The notes under the pieces were generated by a model, which saw only the letters and a program-made list of their open reading frames with translations, was not told the DNA's origin and ran no database searches. Of a stretch of 64,000 bases of DNA, positions 32,633 through 41,137 are shown piece by piece (positions within the stretch are counted from its first letter, which is position 1; the number at the start of each line of letters is the position of its first letter). The DNA is from Escherichia coli (GTDB taxonomy: Bacteria > Pseudomonadota > Gammaproteobacteria > Enterobacterales > Enterobacteriaceae): assembly GCF_045037415.1 (NCBI RefSeq), contig NZ_CP173438.1; one strand, written 5' to 3'. Position numbers and translations under genes: made by a program.

Positions 32633-32892
32633 TTTTCTCTTCACTCCGATATACAAGGATTACCACACCCCCTCTGCTGATTGCGCGAGCTGGATCCCCT
32701 GGTTCCATGCCGTCAATTCCGAAGGCTTCGGAAAACGCATTCATTGCCTTCTGGCGTTCATCCTGCTTACGGCGTTTATTCCATTTTTTCAGGAACAACA
32801 GCGACAGCCACCGTCCGCTGCAGAACACGATGTAAAAATAACCAAGGAGCGCCAGGCCGACATTCAGGGCCGTTTCTATGGTTAGTTGTGAG

Positions 32893-33141
32893 TCAGTTGC
32901 CATTTCTTACCTGTTTAAGTAACTGGTTGAACATAACACTTAGGGGATTGCTGTATCCAAACGGCAGATTGTTTACGCAGTACAGAATCATTTTGTTTTT
33001 TTCTCCAGTTCGTACTATTAACCCATTCCACAATAACCGTGATAATTCATTACTGATAGAAGTTGCGCTTCTTCCAAGTGCGAGGGATATATCTTCTCTA
33101 CTGCAATCTGGATTTTCCTGGATATACTCGATAACGGTCAT
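32893..33141 (-). CDS. putative winged-helix DNA-binding protein
   Basis: ORF 32893..33183; start placed at MTVIEYIQENPDCSREDISLALGRSATSISNELSRLLWNGLIV..., helix-turn-helix-like pattern. Confidence 0.35.
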   Translation of the reverse strand: MTVIEYIQENPDCSREDISLALGRSATSISNELSRLLWNGLIVRTGEKNKMILYCVNNLPFGYSNPLSVMFNQLLKQVRNGN

Positions 33142-33151
33142 GTGGTCCCTT

Positions 33152-33733
33152 TTACTTAATATCTGTTTCGGATTGCATGCCATGAGTATTCATTTCGTTA
33201 ATAATTTCATCCAGAAGGATTTCAAGCCCTTCTCGACCCATATCTGAAAGAATGAAACCTTTATCAGGGGAAGTAGTGAGCATTTTCTGATAAAGAAACA
33301 GCGCTCTTCCCATTCCTTCAGCTTCGCCGTATTTTTGAATTAAATTCCATTCAATATACTGTTGTAAGGCAAATCGAATGGGGCCGGGATATATCGTCAT
33401 AAACCCATACATCCCGTTATATACCACGGCGTGTTCAGTTGTTCCGTGTTCATTCAGGATATCAATTGTGCCGTTCTTGTCTTCTTCTTCGTTGATGAAT
33501 GTCGTCACATACAACCATCGCCACTGAGCAACCTTCATCTCAACCGGAAGTTTACCCAGTAATCCTGCTTCGTCGGCTTGCGCCAGACACTGAAGGATAC
33601 GTAAACCTCGCACATTAGGAGTATCGAATTCTCCGGCATCCAGACGACGTATGGCGTCGTGATAATCAATCGTCATACTGCCAGTTCGTATACCATTGGC
33701 TGTTGCTTCAGCCTGGAATTCATCGTATTGCAT
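33152..33733 (-). CDS. hypothetical phage protein
   Basis: 193-aa ORF with no recognisable motifs. Confidence 0.45.
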   Translation of the reverse strand: MQYDEFQAEATANGIRTGSMTIDYHDAIRRLDAGEFDTPNVRGLRILQCLAQADEAGLLGKLPVEMKVAQWRWLYVTTFINEEEDKNGTIDILNEHGTTEHAVVYNGMYGFMTIYPGPIRFALQQYIEWNLIQKYGEAEGMGRALFLYQKMLTTSPDKGFILSDMGREGLEILLDEIINEMNTHGMQSETDIK

Positions 33734-33738
33734 GATAT

Positions 33739-33921
33739 TTATTCCTCATCTTCATCTGCTGGTGCAATAACGTCATATCCTGCCTTTTCTGCAATAAACA
33801 GGAATGTTGAAAGAGTTCCTACAAGTTCATCGTCATGAACATGGCGAATGAATATTACTTTCCCGTTTTTGATGGTCAGCAATACTCTGGTTTGTTCGTG
33901 TTCTGCTGTTTTCTGATGCAT
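33739..33921 (-). CDS. hypothetical small phage protein
   Basis: 60-aa ORF tightly packed after the upstream gene. Confidence 0.3.
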   Translation of the reverse strand: MHQKTAEHEQTRVLLTIKNGKVIFIRHVHDDELVGTLSTFLFIAEKAGYDVIAPADEDEE

Positions 33922-34115
33922 TATTATCTCCCGTATGCTTTACGCAGAAATAAGCAGGCAATATGCATGTAATTTTCACCGTATTGTGCAATAAGGCAGG
34001 CGGTCTTGTGTGATGCCATATTCTTTATAAAAGTCACAATAAAGCCTCCTGTGGATTAAGGTTGTAACAATCCCCGGCGATAAAACCGCAATAAACGTTC
34101 AGGGCATATTTGTTG

Positions 34116-34481
34116 TTATTGCGCTAATTCTTTTTCGGCAGCAGCTTTTGTATACTCACATGCAAAATTCAGAATTTCGCTGCCGAGTGTTTTCGTTTCG
34201 TGATTACTGGACATATGTAATACCTGTGTTGCATGCAATAAATGATAAACATTTACCGCAAATGAATCAGGCTCCAGGCAAATGCCTTCGTAATTATCTT
34301 GCTGTGAGGTTGTTTCTGTCATTGCTCCTGAAGTGCATACGAGCCTGTTTTTGACAATTCTCTTTTCTCTAATCACTATATCGGCAACATCTATTGCCTT
34401 TACAACCTCCGGGAGAAGTTCCGGGTTTGTATAATCAAAGTCATCAACATGGAGAACAGTTATGTTTTCGAACTTTTTCAT
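34116..34481 (-). CDS. hypothetical protein in the cI-downstream (rex-equivalent) slot
   Basis: 121-aa ORF with no recognisable motifs, preceded by a 128-bp intergenic region. Confidence 0.45.
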   Translation of the reverse strand: MKKFENITVLHVDDFDYTNPELLPEVVKAIDVADIVIREKRIVKNRLVCTSGAMTETTSQQDNYEGICLEPDSFAVNVYHLLHATQVLHMSSNHETKTLGSEILNFACEYTKAAAEKELAQ

Positions 34482-34609
34482 GGTTTCCTCAGCTGACTTA
34501 TATGTTCTGCTATATAGCGAGTCTCAGAAGTGTTTTCATATTAAGACTGTTTCCGCAATGATTGATAAAAATGTTCGCATGTACCTTGAGGGGCGAAGCG
34601 GCGATTATG

Positions 34610-35113
34610 TCACCATTGGTATTGGTTCTTCCGTAGAAGAGCTTCGCGAGATAAGGGGCAAACTTGTTGAGATGCGTCATGGTGTTGCTGCTCCTCACTT
34701 TTTGGTTGCTCCGGAGGAGTAACCTCACCAGTTAACAGCCACATCGCATCGCAGCCAAGAATATTTGCCAGTGGGATAAGCATACTGATAGTTGGTTCAT
34801 ACTCTCCGCTCTCCCACTGGATGATAATTTCTTCATCGAGATCGAGCAGCCTGGCGAGTTCGGCGGTTGTTAAGCCGCAGGCTTCGCGTTGGGTGCGAAG
34901 ACGGTTGTTGATTGCAGAATTTTTGTTCTGTAAAAGCATTGCTGACGATAGCTTTCTGGATATGCTATTTGTCATATCCCATGCCAGTCCTGCGCATGAC
35001 TCTATATCGCTAGAGAGCGTAGCATCAGGTGTTGCTTTTGCTATTAGTGTAATGAGGCTGCCGAGGTTTTTCAGTTCTTCGAGACAGTCAAGAGTTGTAG
35101 CTTTATTGATCAT
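34610..35113 (-). CDS. HTH-XRE family DNA-binding protein with an unusual N-terminal extension
   Basis: 167-aa ORF; classic XRE helix-turn-helix segment NNRLRTQREACGLTTAELARLLDLDEEIIIQWESGEYEPTISMLIPLANILGCDAMWLL located in the C-terminal half; true start uncertain (internal Met candidates). Confidence 0.55.
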   Translation of the reverse strand: MINKATTLDCLEELKNLGSLITLIAKATPDATLSSDIESCAGLAWDMTNSISRKLSSAMLLQNKNSAINNRLRTQREACGLTTAELARLLDLDEEIIIQWESGEYEPTISMLIPLANILGCDAMWLLTGEVTPPEQPKSEEQQHHDASQQVCPLSREALLRKNQYQW

Positions 35114-35216
35114 GAGATGATACCTCAGTTACGAACTTTGTTTTATGGTAACTAAGGTATCAAGGTGTGGCAAGTGATTTTTGATACTTTGGTTTCTTTT
35201 TGTGTTTTGTTTCTGG

Positions 35217-35873
35217 TCAGAAAATATCCCACCTGGCATCAACCACAACACCTACTATTTCGCAATCATTGTCCATTTCTATGATTGGATATTGTGGATT
35301 AAGGGGCTTTAGAAACGCCTTTCCCATGTCAGAAATATATTTTTTGAATGTTGCTTCATTGGTAGATTTTTTTCTGGCGATGACGTAACACCCTGAAAAA
35401 ACTTCTTTATCTGGGTTGACAAGGATCGACATTCCTTCAGGAAATGTTATTCCTACGGGCGAAGTCATTGAGTCTCCGTGCACTTCCAGCCAGAACCCCC
35501 TCTCACCAGCGTATTTTACAGAATGCCTCCAATTATCCTGATCATACATGTTGTAGTCATCACCAGAAGTTGCGAATAATCCTGCCTGAACCCAGTTAAT
35601 TACAGGGTAAGAGTGTGCTGTGTCTCTCTGTGGGCAGCTCTTAACATTATTTTCCCAATGCTTATCTTTTTCATCTCCGTTCTGAAGCCACTGCGGTGAA
35701 CACCGCAGTGCAGCTGCAACTTTAAAAAGGGTGTCACCGTTGAAACTTTTTGTAAGGCCTTGCTCGGCTTTACTGATTGCAACTCTGGTGATCCCAGCTT
35801 TTTTAGCCAACGCATCTTGTGTTAACCCAGCTTTTTGCCGTGCGTTGATGAGACGTTCACCTAAAGACTTCAT
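35217..35873 (-). CDS. CI-like prophage repressor (N-terminal HTH plus C-terminal S24 LexA-like peptidase)
   Basis: ORF 35217..35948; start placed at MKSLGERLINARQKAGLTQDALAKKAGITRVAISKAEQG; C-terminal domain has VHGDSM (Ser) and downstream Lys of the S24 autoprotease. Confidence 0.82.
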   Translation of the reverse strand: MKSLGERLINARQKAGLTQDALAKKAGITRVAISKAEQGLTKSFNGDTLFKVAAALRCSPQWLQNGDEKDKHWENNVKSCPQRDTAHSYPVINWVQAGLFATSGDDYNMYDQDNWRHSVKYAGERGFWLEVHGDSMTSPVGITFPEGMSILVNPDKEVFSGCYVIARKKSTNEATFKKYISDMGKAFLKPLNPQYPIIEMDNDCEIVGVVVDARWDIF

Positions 35874-35984
35874 TTTTCTTCTCCTCTCATGGCTGTTGAT
35901 ACTAAAGTAACAGAATTTCTTGATACTTTGGATTCCTGTGGTTAACATCGTTGAATAACAAAGTATCTGGTGTGAGACTAAAGA

Positions 35985-36212
35985 ATGACCCTTTATGAAA
36001 TATTAAAAATTCAATTTAAAACCAATGCCGCTATTGGTCGCAGGTTCCCAAAGAAAGGAAGGCCTCGTGGCAGTCAAGGTGTTGGAAAGTGGAAAACGCG
36101 AGGTGTTCCGGAGGATGTTGCCATTCTTTGTCATCTGGATCCGAGCATTCCATATACACACCCAAGTCTAGCGAATACAGAAGATGACAAGCCCACAGGA
36201 GACCAACAATGA
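35985..36212 (+). CDS. ORF in the cro position (divergent from the repressor); function unverified
   Basis: 75-aa ORF divergent from the cI-like gene; no clear helix-turn-helix by eye, assignment positional only. Confidence 0.3.
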   Translation: MTLYEILKIQFKTNAAIGRRFPKKGRPRGSQGVGKWKTRGVPEDVAILCHLDPSIPYTHPSLANTEDDKPTGDQQ

Positions 36213-36916
36213 ACACCGCAATTTTTAACGGCAAAGCATCCATGACCAGCGTTGAGATCGCAGAGCTGGTGGGAAGCCGACCAGATAGTGTTAAGAGAAC
36301 TATTGAAACACTGGCTAAAAAGGGAATCATCCAATTTCCACAGACTGTGGAAATTGAGAATAAACAATCACTTGGGCCTCGCCGATTTTCTAGCGCGTAT
36401 GTATTCGAAGGTGAACGAGGTAAGCGCGACAGCATCATTGTCGTCGCACAGCTCTGTCCTGAATTCACAGCTCGCCTGGTAGATCGCTGGCGCGAACTGG
36501 AAGAACAGATCCGTAAGCCAATGAGCGAAATCGAAATGGTTGCCGCGATGGCTCTTGAAGCCGTTCGCCAACAGAAACGGATCACTCAGGTGGAAGAAAA
36601 AGTCAGCCACGTTGCTGAAACAGTCGAGCAAATTAAAAAGGGCACTATTCGTGAGGGCTATGCCGGATATCGCCAACTGAAAGCAAAAACCGGTTTGTCA
36701 GATGATAAATGCCGCAATCTGGTGAACGCCTATCAAATTCCTACAGACACACATGAGTTCATGACGCCGGACGGATTGTTGTCACGTCGCGCAATTGTTG
36801 CTGTGGAACCGTTTATGGCTGCTTTTTATCGGGTTATGGAGGAAGCAGAACCGCGAGGGACTCGCTGGTATCACCCGAAAATGGGGTTATTTCAGGTTAT
36901 TGGTTGGCAGCGGTGA
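36209..36916 (+). CDS. Rha-like / antirepressor-like phage regulatory protein
   Basis: 235-aa ORF; N-terminal segment MTSVEIAELVGSRPDSVKRTIETL resembles the Rha-type DNA-binding motif pattern. Confidence 0.45.
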   Translation: MNTAIFNGKASMTSVEIAELVGSRPDSVKRTIETLAKKGIIQFPQTVEIENKQSLGPRRFSSAYVFEGERGKRDSIIVVAQLCPEFTARLVDRWRELEEQIRKPMSEIEMVAAMALEAVRQQKRITQVEEKVSHVAETVEQIKKGTIREGYAGYRQLKAKTGLSDDKCRNLVNAYQIPTDTHEFMTPDGLLSRRAIVAVEPFMAAFYRVMEEAEPRGTRWYHPKMGLFQVIGWQR

Positions 36917-37024
36917 AAAAAAGCCGGGAGTAACCCGGCTCACTCAACATCAATAACGGGGAGCTGTTTCGCATAAAACGGCTCCGAAACATCCAAGAAC
37001 AGTTCTAAAGATATCAGCAGCTAT

Positions 37025-37325
37025 ATGATCATTTCAAGACCAAATATTGATTCTGCAATTTCGGGACGTTACACTGTCTCCGCACCTTATAAAGCGGGTG
37101 CCGGGATTGGCGTCCTGAAATTGTCAACGGCGATGTATGACGCGCCAGCGTCTTTTTTATCGTCCGCATTTGCTCACATCCAGATTATGGTGGGCTGGGC
37201 GGGGGCACCGAAAGGTGCGCCGGTTCTCCGTTGACGCCGGTTACGCCAACCCCGTCCAGTTCACCACCAGTGAAATTGGCGTTTCCGGTGGTGGAAGTTT
37301 TTCACTGTCAACGGAGGCTGCCATC
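37025..37325 (+). repeat. about 300-bp leader repeat, copy 1 (terminator-like hairpin plus GAAA-tetraloop stem)
   Basis: Direct repeat of 37685-37984; the first about 60 nt are near-identical (atattgattctgcaatt.cgggacgttacactg...accttataaagcgggtgccggg); contains gacgcgccagcgtc followed by T6, and gcaccGAAAggtgc. Confidence 0.5.
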
Positions 37326-37688
37326 ATGGCTACTGTCCTAACTTCCCCATTCCTAAAAATCGAAGTCGTCAACGGCAAGGCCGTTATTTTCTCCCTGCAT
37401 GTTGCCTGCCATTTCAAGCGCATGCACCAGAACATCGTTGACAAAATCGAGTATCTGAACTGCTCACGCGAGTTTTTTACCCGCAATTTCATACCGGGTA
37501 CTTATCACATCTACGGTGACTCCCTGCGTGGTTATTACATCACCCTTGATGGTCTGATGATGCTTCAGCTTGGGTTAAGTCTGCGCACAATGCGGTACTA
37601 CGAGAGCTGTATTGAAGCATTCCATGAGGCTGAAACCGTCCAGGGTCACTCCGCGTTCCGTCGTAATCAACGGGAGGTGCACCTATGA
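37326..37688 (+). CDS. Rha-family regulatory protein (short form)
   Basis: Start placed at MATVLTSPFLKIEVVNGKAVIFSLHVACHFKRMHQNIVDKIEYL... behind a GGAGG Shine-Dalgarno; the Rha N-terminal pattern parallels the next gene. Confidence 0.55.
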   Translation: MATVLTSPFLKIEVVNGKAVIFSLHVACHFKRMHQNIVDKIEYLNCSREFFTRNFIPGTYHIYGDSLRGYYITLDGLMMLQLGLSLRTMRYYESCIEAFHEAETVQGHSAFRRNQREVHL

Positions 37689-37984
37689 TCCGCCACCAGC
37701 ATATTGATTCTGCAATTCCGGGACGTTACACTGCTCAGGCACCTTATAAAGCGGGTGCCGGGCGTGGAAACCCGAAATTCAATATAGAGCACAACCGCGC
37801 TCATGCGGTTTTTTCGTGTCATGAGCATCGTTACACCCAAATTATGGTGGGGCGTGCAGGGCCAACTTCGGTTGGGCCGGGTTCTATGTTGACCGGTATT
37901 TCCACCCCTGTACGTCTCACCACCTATATGGTCGTGGAAAGCCTTGGTGGTGAGTTCATTGAATTCAACATAGGGGCTGTCACC
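37685..37984 (+). repeat. about 300-bp leader repeat, copy 2 (terminator-like hairpin plus UUCG-tetraloop stem)
   Basis: Direct repeat of 37025-37325; contains ccgcgctcatgcgg followed by T6, and ccaacTTCGgttgg; in frame with the downstream Rha ORF, so it could alternatively be coding. Confidence 0.45.
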
Positions 37985-38536
37985 ATGACTACTCTCCCAA
38001 CCCAATCTCACCCTGAAATCACGATTATCAATGGTCGCGTTGTCACCACATCTCTTGCAGTAGCTAATTACTTTACTAAACGGCATGAGCGGGTTTTAGA
38101 TAGAATTAGAAACCTCGAATGTTCCGCTGAATTTACTGAACACAATTTTGTGTTAAGTGAATACACCGACGCATCAGGCCGCAAACTCCCTTGTTACCAA
38201 ATCACCCGCGACGGTTTTGCGTTTCTTGCCATGGGCTTCACTGGTAAACGTGCTGCCCAGTTCAAAGAGGCATACATCAACGCCTTTAACCTGATGGAGA
38301 AGAGTTTATCAGGTGCCGATGCGTCTGATATGTCAGCTGTCGCACGAAACGCCAGAGGCGTATACCTGCATTTGCGTGAAATCCATCAAATCTGGACAAG
38401 CCAGCTTTATCCAATGCTTAAGGCCGTTGAATCTCCGCTGGCTAGCAAACTGTACGACCGTGTTGGTGATGCTGTTTTTGGCGCTGCACTTGTTGATTCC
38501 AGGCTGAATGGTTCTGACAAGGAGGTTCGCCCATGA
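37985..38536 (+). CDS. phage regulatory protein Rha
   Basis: ORF 37685..38536; Rha-like segment EITIINGRVVTTSLAVANYFTKRHERVLDRIRNLECSAEF...YQITRDGFAFLAMGFTGKRAAQFKEAYINAFNLME; start placed at MTTLP behind an AGGGG Shine-Dalgarno. Confidence 0.65.
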   Translation: MTTLPTQSHPEITIINGRVVTTSLAVANYFTKRHERVLDRIRNLECSAEFTEHNFVLSEYTDASGRKLPCYQITRDGFAFLAMGFTGKRAAQFKEAYINAFNLMEKSLSGADASDMSAVARNARGVYLHLREIHQIWTSQLYPMLKAVESPLASKLYDRVGDAVFGAALVDSRLNGSDKEVRP

Positions 38537-38727
38537 TTAGTTACGAAATCATCATCTCCACTACGGAATACAGAAACGATGTATCAGTTCGCACGGATGT
38601 ATCTGTCTGGCACCGTCGCTATAAATCCAGAAAAACAGCGGAACTGAAAGCGGCAGAGATGTGTGAAACCATCTCAATGAAAGGTAGCCCGGTTAAATAC
38701 GTAACTACGGCGGAGGTGCGTCCATGA
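38533..38727 (+). CDS. hypothetical small phage protein
   Basis: 64-aa ORF, ATGA-overlap packing with neighbours. Confidence 0.35.
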   Translation: MISYEIIISTTEYRNDVSVRTDVSVWHRRYKSRKTAELKAAEMCETISMKGSPVKYVTTAEVRP

Positions 38728-38948
38728 TCCGCCACATCGTTAATTCCCTGTATCACCGATACAACCGTTGCCCCCGTGTGGGGCAGTGGTTCGCCACCAG
38801 CAACGGTCACGTTCTGCGGGTTTGCCTAGTCAACGCTGAAAGCCAGAAAGTCGTGTGCGAACTACAGGGGCGTAGCTACACCATCAGTTACCCTCTGGCG
38901 GTATTTCTGTCTGGAAAAATGTTTAAGCGTCTGGGAGGTGTGGCGTGA
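38724..38948 (+). CDS. hypothetical small phage protein
   Basis: 74-aa ORF, overlapping-stop packing. Confidence 0.35.
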   Translation: MIRHIVNSLYHRYNRCPRVGQWFATSNGHVLRVCLVNAESQKVVCELQGRSYTISYPLAVFLSGKMFKRLGGVA

Positions 38949-39244
38949 ACTGTTTTCAGTTTGTGTGCGGATGTGCTTTCGATAACCCGATTCAGCGCCT
39001 AATTATGTTGCGTGTTTTGATGTCGGGTTCTTCAGACGGTGAAGGCGAGAGAGTTATTGATCATCAGGTGCTTGCTGATTTCTGCTGTTGTTCTAAGCAA
39101 GCGATATTCAGGGAAACCCTGGCACTGGAAAGAGCTGGTTATCTTCATATCCGAAAAATTGCAACGCTTACTATTGATGCAAAAGCCAGACTACAACCTG
39201 CGCGTGGCTACACAATTCTCATGCCGCGGAAGGAGGTTGTATGA
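38945..39244 (+). CDS. hypothetical protein, possible DNA-binding
   Basis: 99-aa ORF directly upstream of the replication module. Confidence 0.35.
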   Translation: MNCFQFVCGCAFDNPIQRLIMLRVLMSGSSDGEGERVIDHQVLADFCCCSKQAIFRETLALERAGYLHIRKIATLTIDAKARLQPARGYTILMPRKEVV

Positions 39245-40227
39245 GCCGTTACGCCCCCACACCGGAAGTTATGGCTATTGGTCAAATTAATATTTCCGGC
39301 AATGTTACACCTGCGAACTGGTGGAAATATATTCGACTACCCAGTGGGCGTCCGGATGCGACGGCTATCGCTCTGCTTTCAGAGATCGTTTACTGGTACC
39401 GCCCGACAGAGGTCAGGGATGAGCACACCGGAGCGTTGCTGGGATATCGCAAGCGTTTTCAGGGCGACAAACTGCAAAGAAGCTACCAGGCGTTTGCTGA
39501 GCAGTTTGGTTTCGGGAAAAGGGAAACCGCAGATGCGCTGAAGCGTCTGCGCGATGCAGGGTTTATTACTCTGGATTTACGCACGGTGGAAATGCTCGAT
39601 GGGGTGAAATGCAGCAATATTTTGTTTGTCGGGATCAACCCACAGGCAATTGCGGCCATCACCACACCTTCTTCTGTTTCGCCAGAAAGTAACAGCAATA
39701 ATGCAATCAGCGATACAGCTATTACGTTAAAACGGAACACCCCCCGACGTCATAACGGAACAGGGGATACGCCGAATGTTGATACAAATACAGAGATTAC
39801 TACAGAGATTACAACGGAGACTAAAAACACTATTGATGCATCCGCTGACGCGTCTGCGCGTTCTGCCCGACAGGAATATTCACCGGAATTTGAACAGGCC
39901 TGGCAGGAATATCCCAAACGTGCTGGTGGCAATTCCAAGTCAGCAGCCTTCAAAGCCTGGAAAGCCCGTATCAGGGAGGGAATAAAACCGGAGACCATGC
40001 TTGATGGCGTGAAGCGGTATGCCGCCTGGGTACGTGCTACAGGAAATACCGGCACACAGTTCGTGAAGCAGGCTGCGACGTTCTTTGGACCCGATCGTCA
40101 CTTCGAAGATTACTGGCAACAGCCAGCCGCTCACGGAGGTGGGCGACAGCGACAGGTCGATGTCCTGGCTGGCCTGGGAGCCATGTCTGACAAATTCGGT
40201 AAATCCAGTAACAAATTGACATTCTGA
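39241..40227 (+). CDS. replication initiator (lambda O-like position) with internal iteron-like repeats
   Basis: 328-aa ORF preceding the DnaC-like and DnaB-like genes; linker region TEITTEITTE encoded by the direct repeats cagagattac(ta) and cagagattac(aa). Confidence 0.55.
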   Translation: MSRYAPTPEVMAIGQINISGNVTPANWWKYIRLPSGRPDATAIALLSEIVYWYRPTEVRDEHTGALLGYRKRFQGDKLQRSYQAFAEQFGFGKRETADALKRLRDAGFITLDLRTVEMLDGVKCSNILFVGINPQAIAAITTPSSVSPESNSNNAISDTAITLKRNTPRRHNGTGDTPNVDTNTEITTEITTETKNTIDASADASARSARQEYSPEFEQAWQEYPKRAGGNSKSAAFKAWKARIREGIKPETMLDGVKRYAAWVRATGNTGTQFVKQAATFFGPDRHFEDYWQQPAAHGGGRQRQVDVLAGLGAMSDKFGKSSNKLTF

Positions 40228-40228
40228 G

Positions 40229-41137
40229 GTGACAGCGATGATGACGATTGACCAACGTGAGAAACAAACAAGACTACAGGCGCGAATGGATGAGTTACGG
40301 GCAGAAATGGATGAGTTACGGGCAGAGATTGCATTTGCTCAGAAGGGCGAAAAGCCATGGCCTTATCGTTCCTGCCTGATGCGTGAAGGTCGCGGATATT
40401 GCGAAAAACACGGTAAATATCGTACGCATATACTGGTGTGGATCGATCGTAATGGCGAGGACAGAGAAAAAATTTCATGCTGCCCTGACTGCTTGATCGC
40501 TGAGGCCAGTGATTTGACCATGGAACTGTCGTCCCTCAAGGCGGAAGAACTGACTGATAACGCCGGAATTGCTCTGCGTTTTCGGGACTGCGAGTTTGAT
40601 AATTATCTGGAGGTTAATCCTGACGCAGCCAGAAATCTTGCGGCCTGTCGCCGCTATGCGGAGAACTGGCCAGATATGCTGGAGAACGGTACCAGTCTTG
40701 TTATGACCGGCAGTTGCGGTACCGGGAAAAATCATCTGGCGGTATCAATGGCAAAACACATCATCCGTAACTATCTGGCCAGTGTGGAGATCACCGACGT
40801 GATGCGCCTTACCCGGGCTGTGAAAAACTGCTGGCGGAATGACAGTGAAAAAACAGCGGATGACGTCATTGAGCATTATGCGTCACTGGATTTGCTGATT
40901 GTCGACGAAGTCGGCGTTCAGTTTGGCAGTGCGGCTGAAATGGCCATTTTGCAGGAAATTATCAATGCCCGGTATGAGGGTATTTTGCCAACTATCCTGA
41001 TCAGCAACCTTTCACCGGAAGAATTGTGGGCGTTCATCAGTCCCCGGATTGCCGACAGGATCACCGATGGCGGGCGCAACTGGTTGTCGTTTAACTGGCC
41101 CAGCTACCGTTCTCGTATCGGAGGTGTTGCCGCATGA
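40229..41137 (+). CDS. DnaC-like helicase loader (AAA+ ATPase)
   Basis: 302-aa ORF with Walker A GSCGTGKNHL and Walker B LLIVDEVG. Confidence 0.75.
   Translation: MTAMMTIDQREKQTRLQARMDELRAEMDELRAEIAFAQKGEKPWPYRSCLMREGRGYCEKHGKYRTHILVWIDRNGEDREKISCCPDCLIAEASDLTMELSSLKAEELTDNAGIALRFRDCEFDNYLEVNPDAARNLAACRRYAENWPDMLENGTSLVMTGSCGTGKNHLAVSMAKHIIRNYLASVEITDVMRLTRAVKNCWRNDSEKTADDVIEHYASLDLLIVDEVGVQFGSAAEMAILQEIINARYEGILPTILISNLSPEELWAFISPRIADRITDGGRNWLSFNWPSYRSRIGGVAA

Noticed and set aside
32586-32903. 105-aa minus-strand ORF with an N-terminal transmembrane-like segment as a kil-like or exclusion membrane protein
   Set aside because: It overlaps ORF 32318..32632 by about 47 bp in another frame and its start and extent are ambiguous; not enough support to call it, though a shorter membrane peptide cannot be excluded.
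34462-34722. 86-aa + strand ORF overlapping the 3' end of the HTH-XRE gene
   Set aside because: Antisense to the XRE helix-turn-helix region, which has a clear motif; all neighbouring genes are on the minus strand.
36031-36585. 184-aa minus-strand ORF overlapping the cro-position ORF and the first Rha-like gene
   Set aside because: Overlaps + strand genes that fit lambdoid early-operon organisation; no motif, Shine-Dalgarno or positional support.
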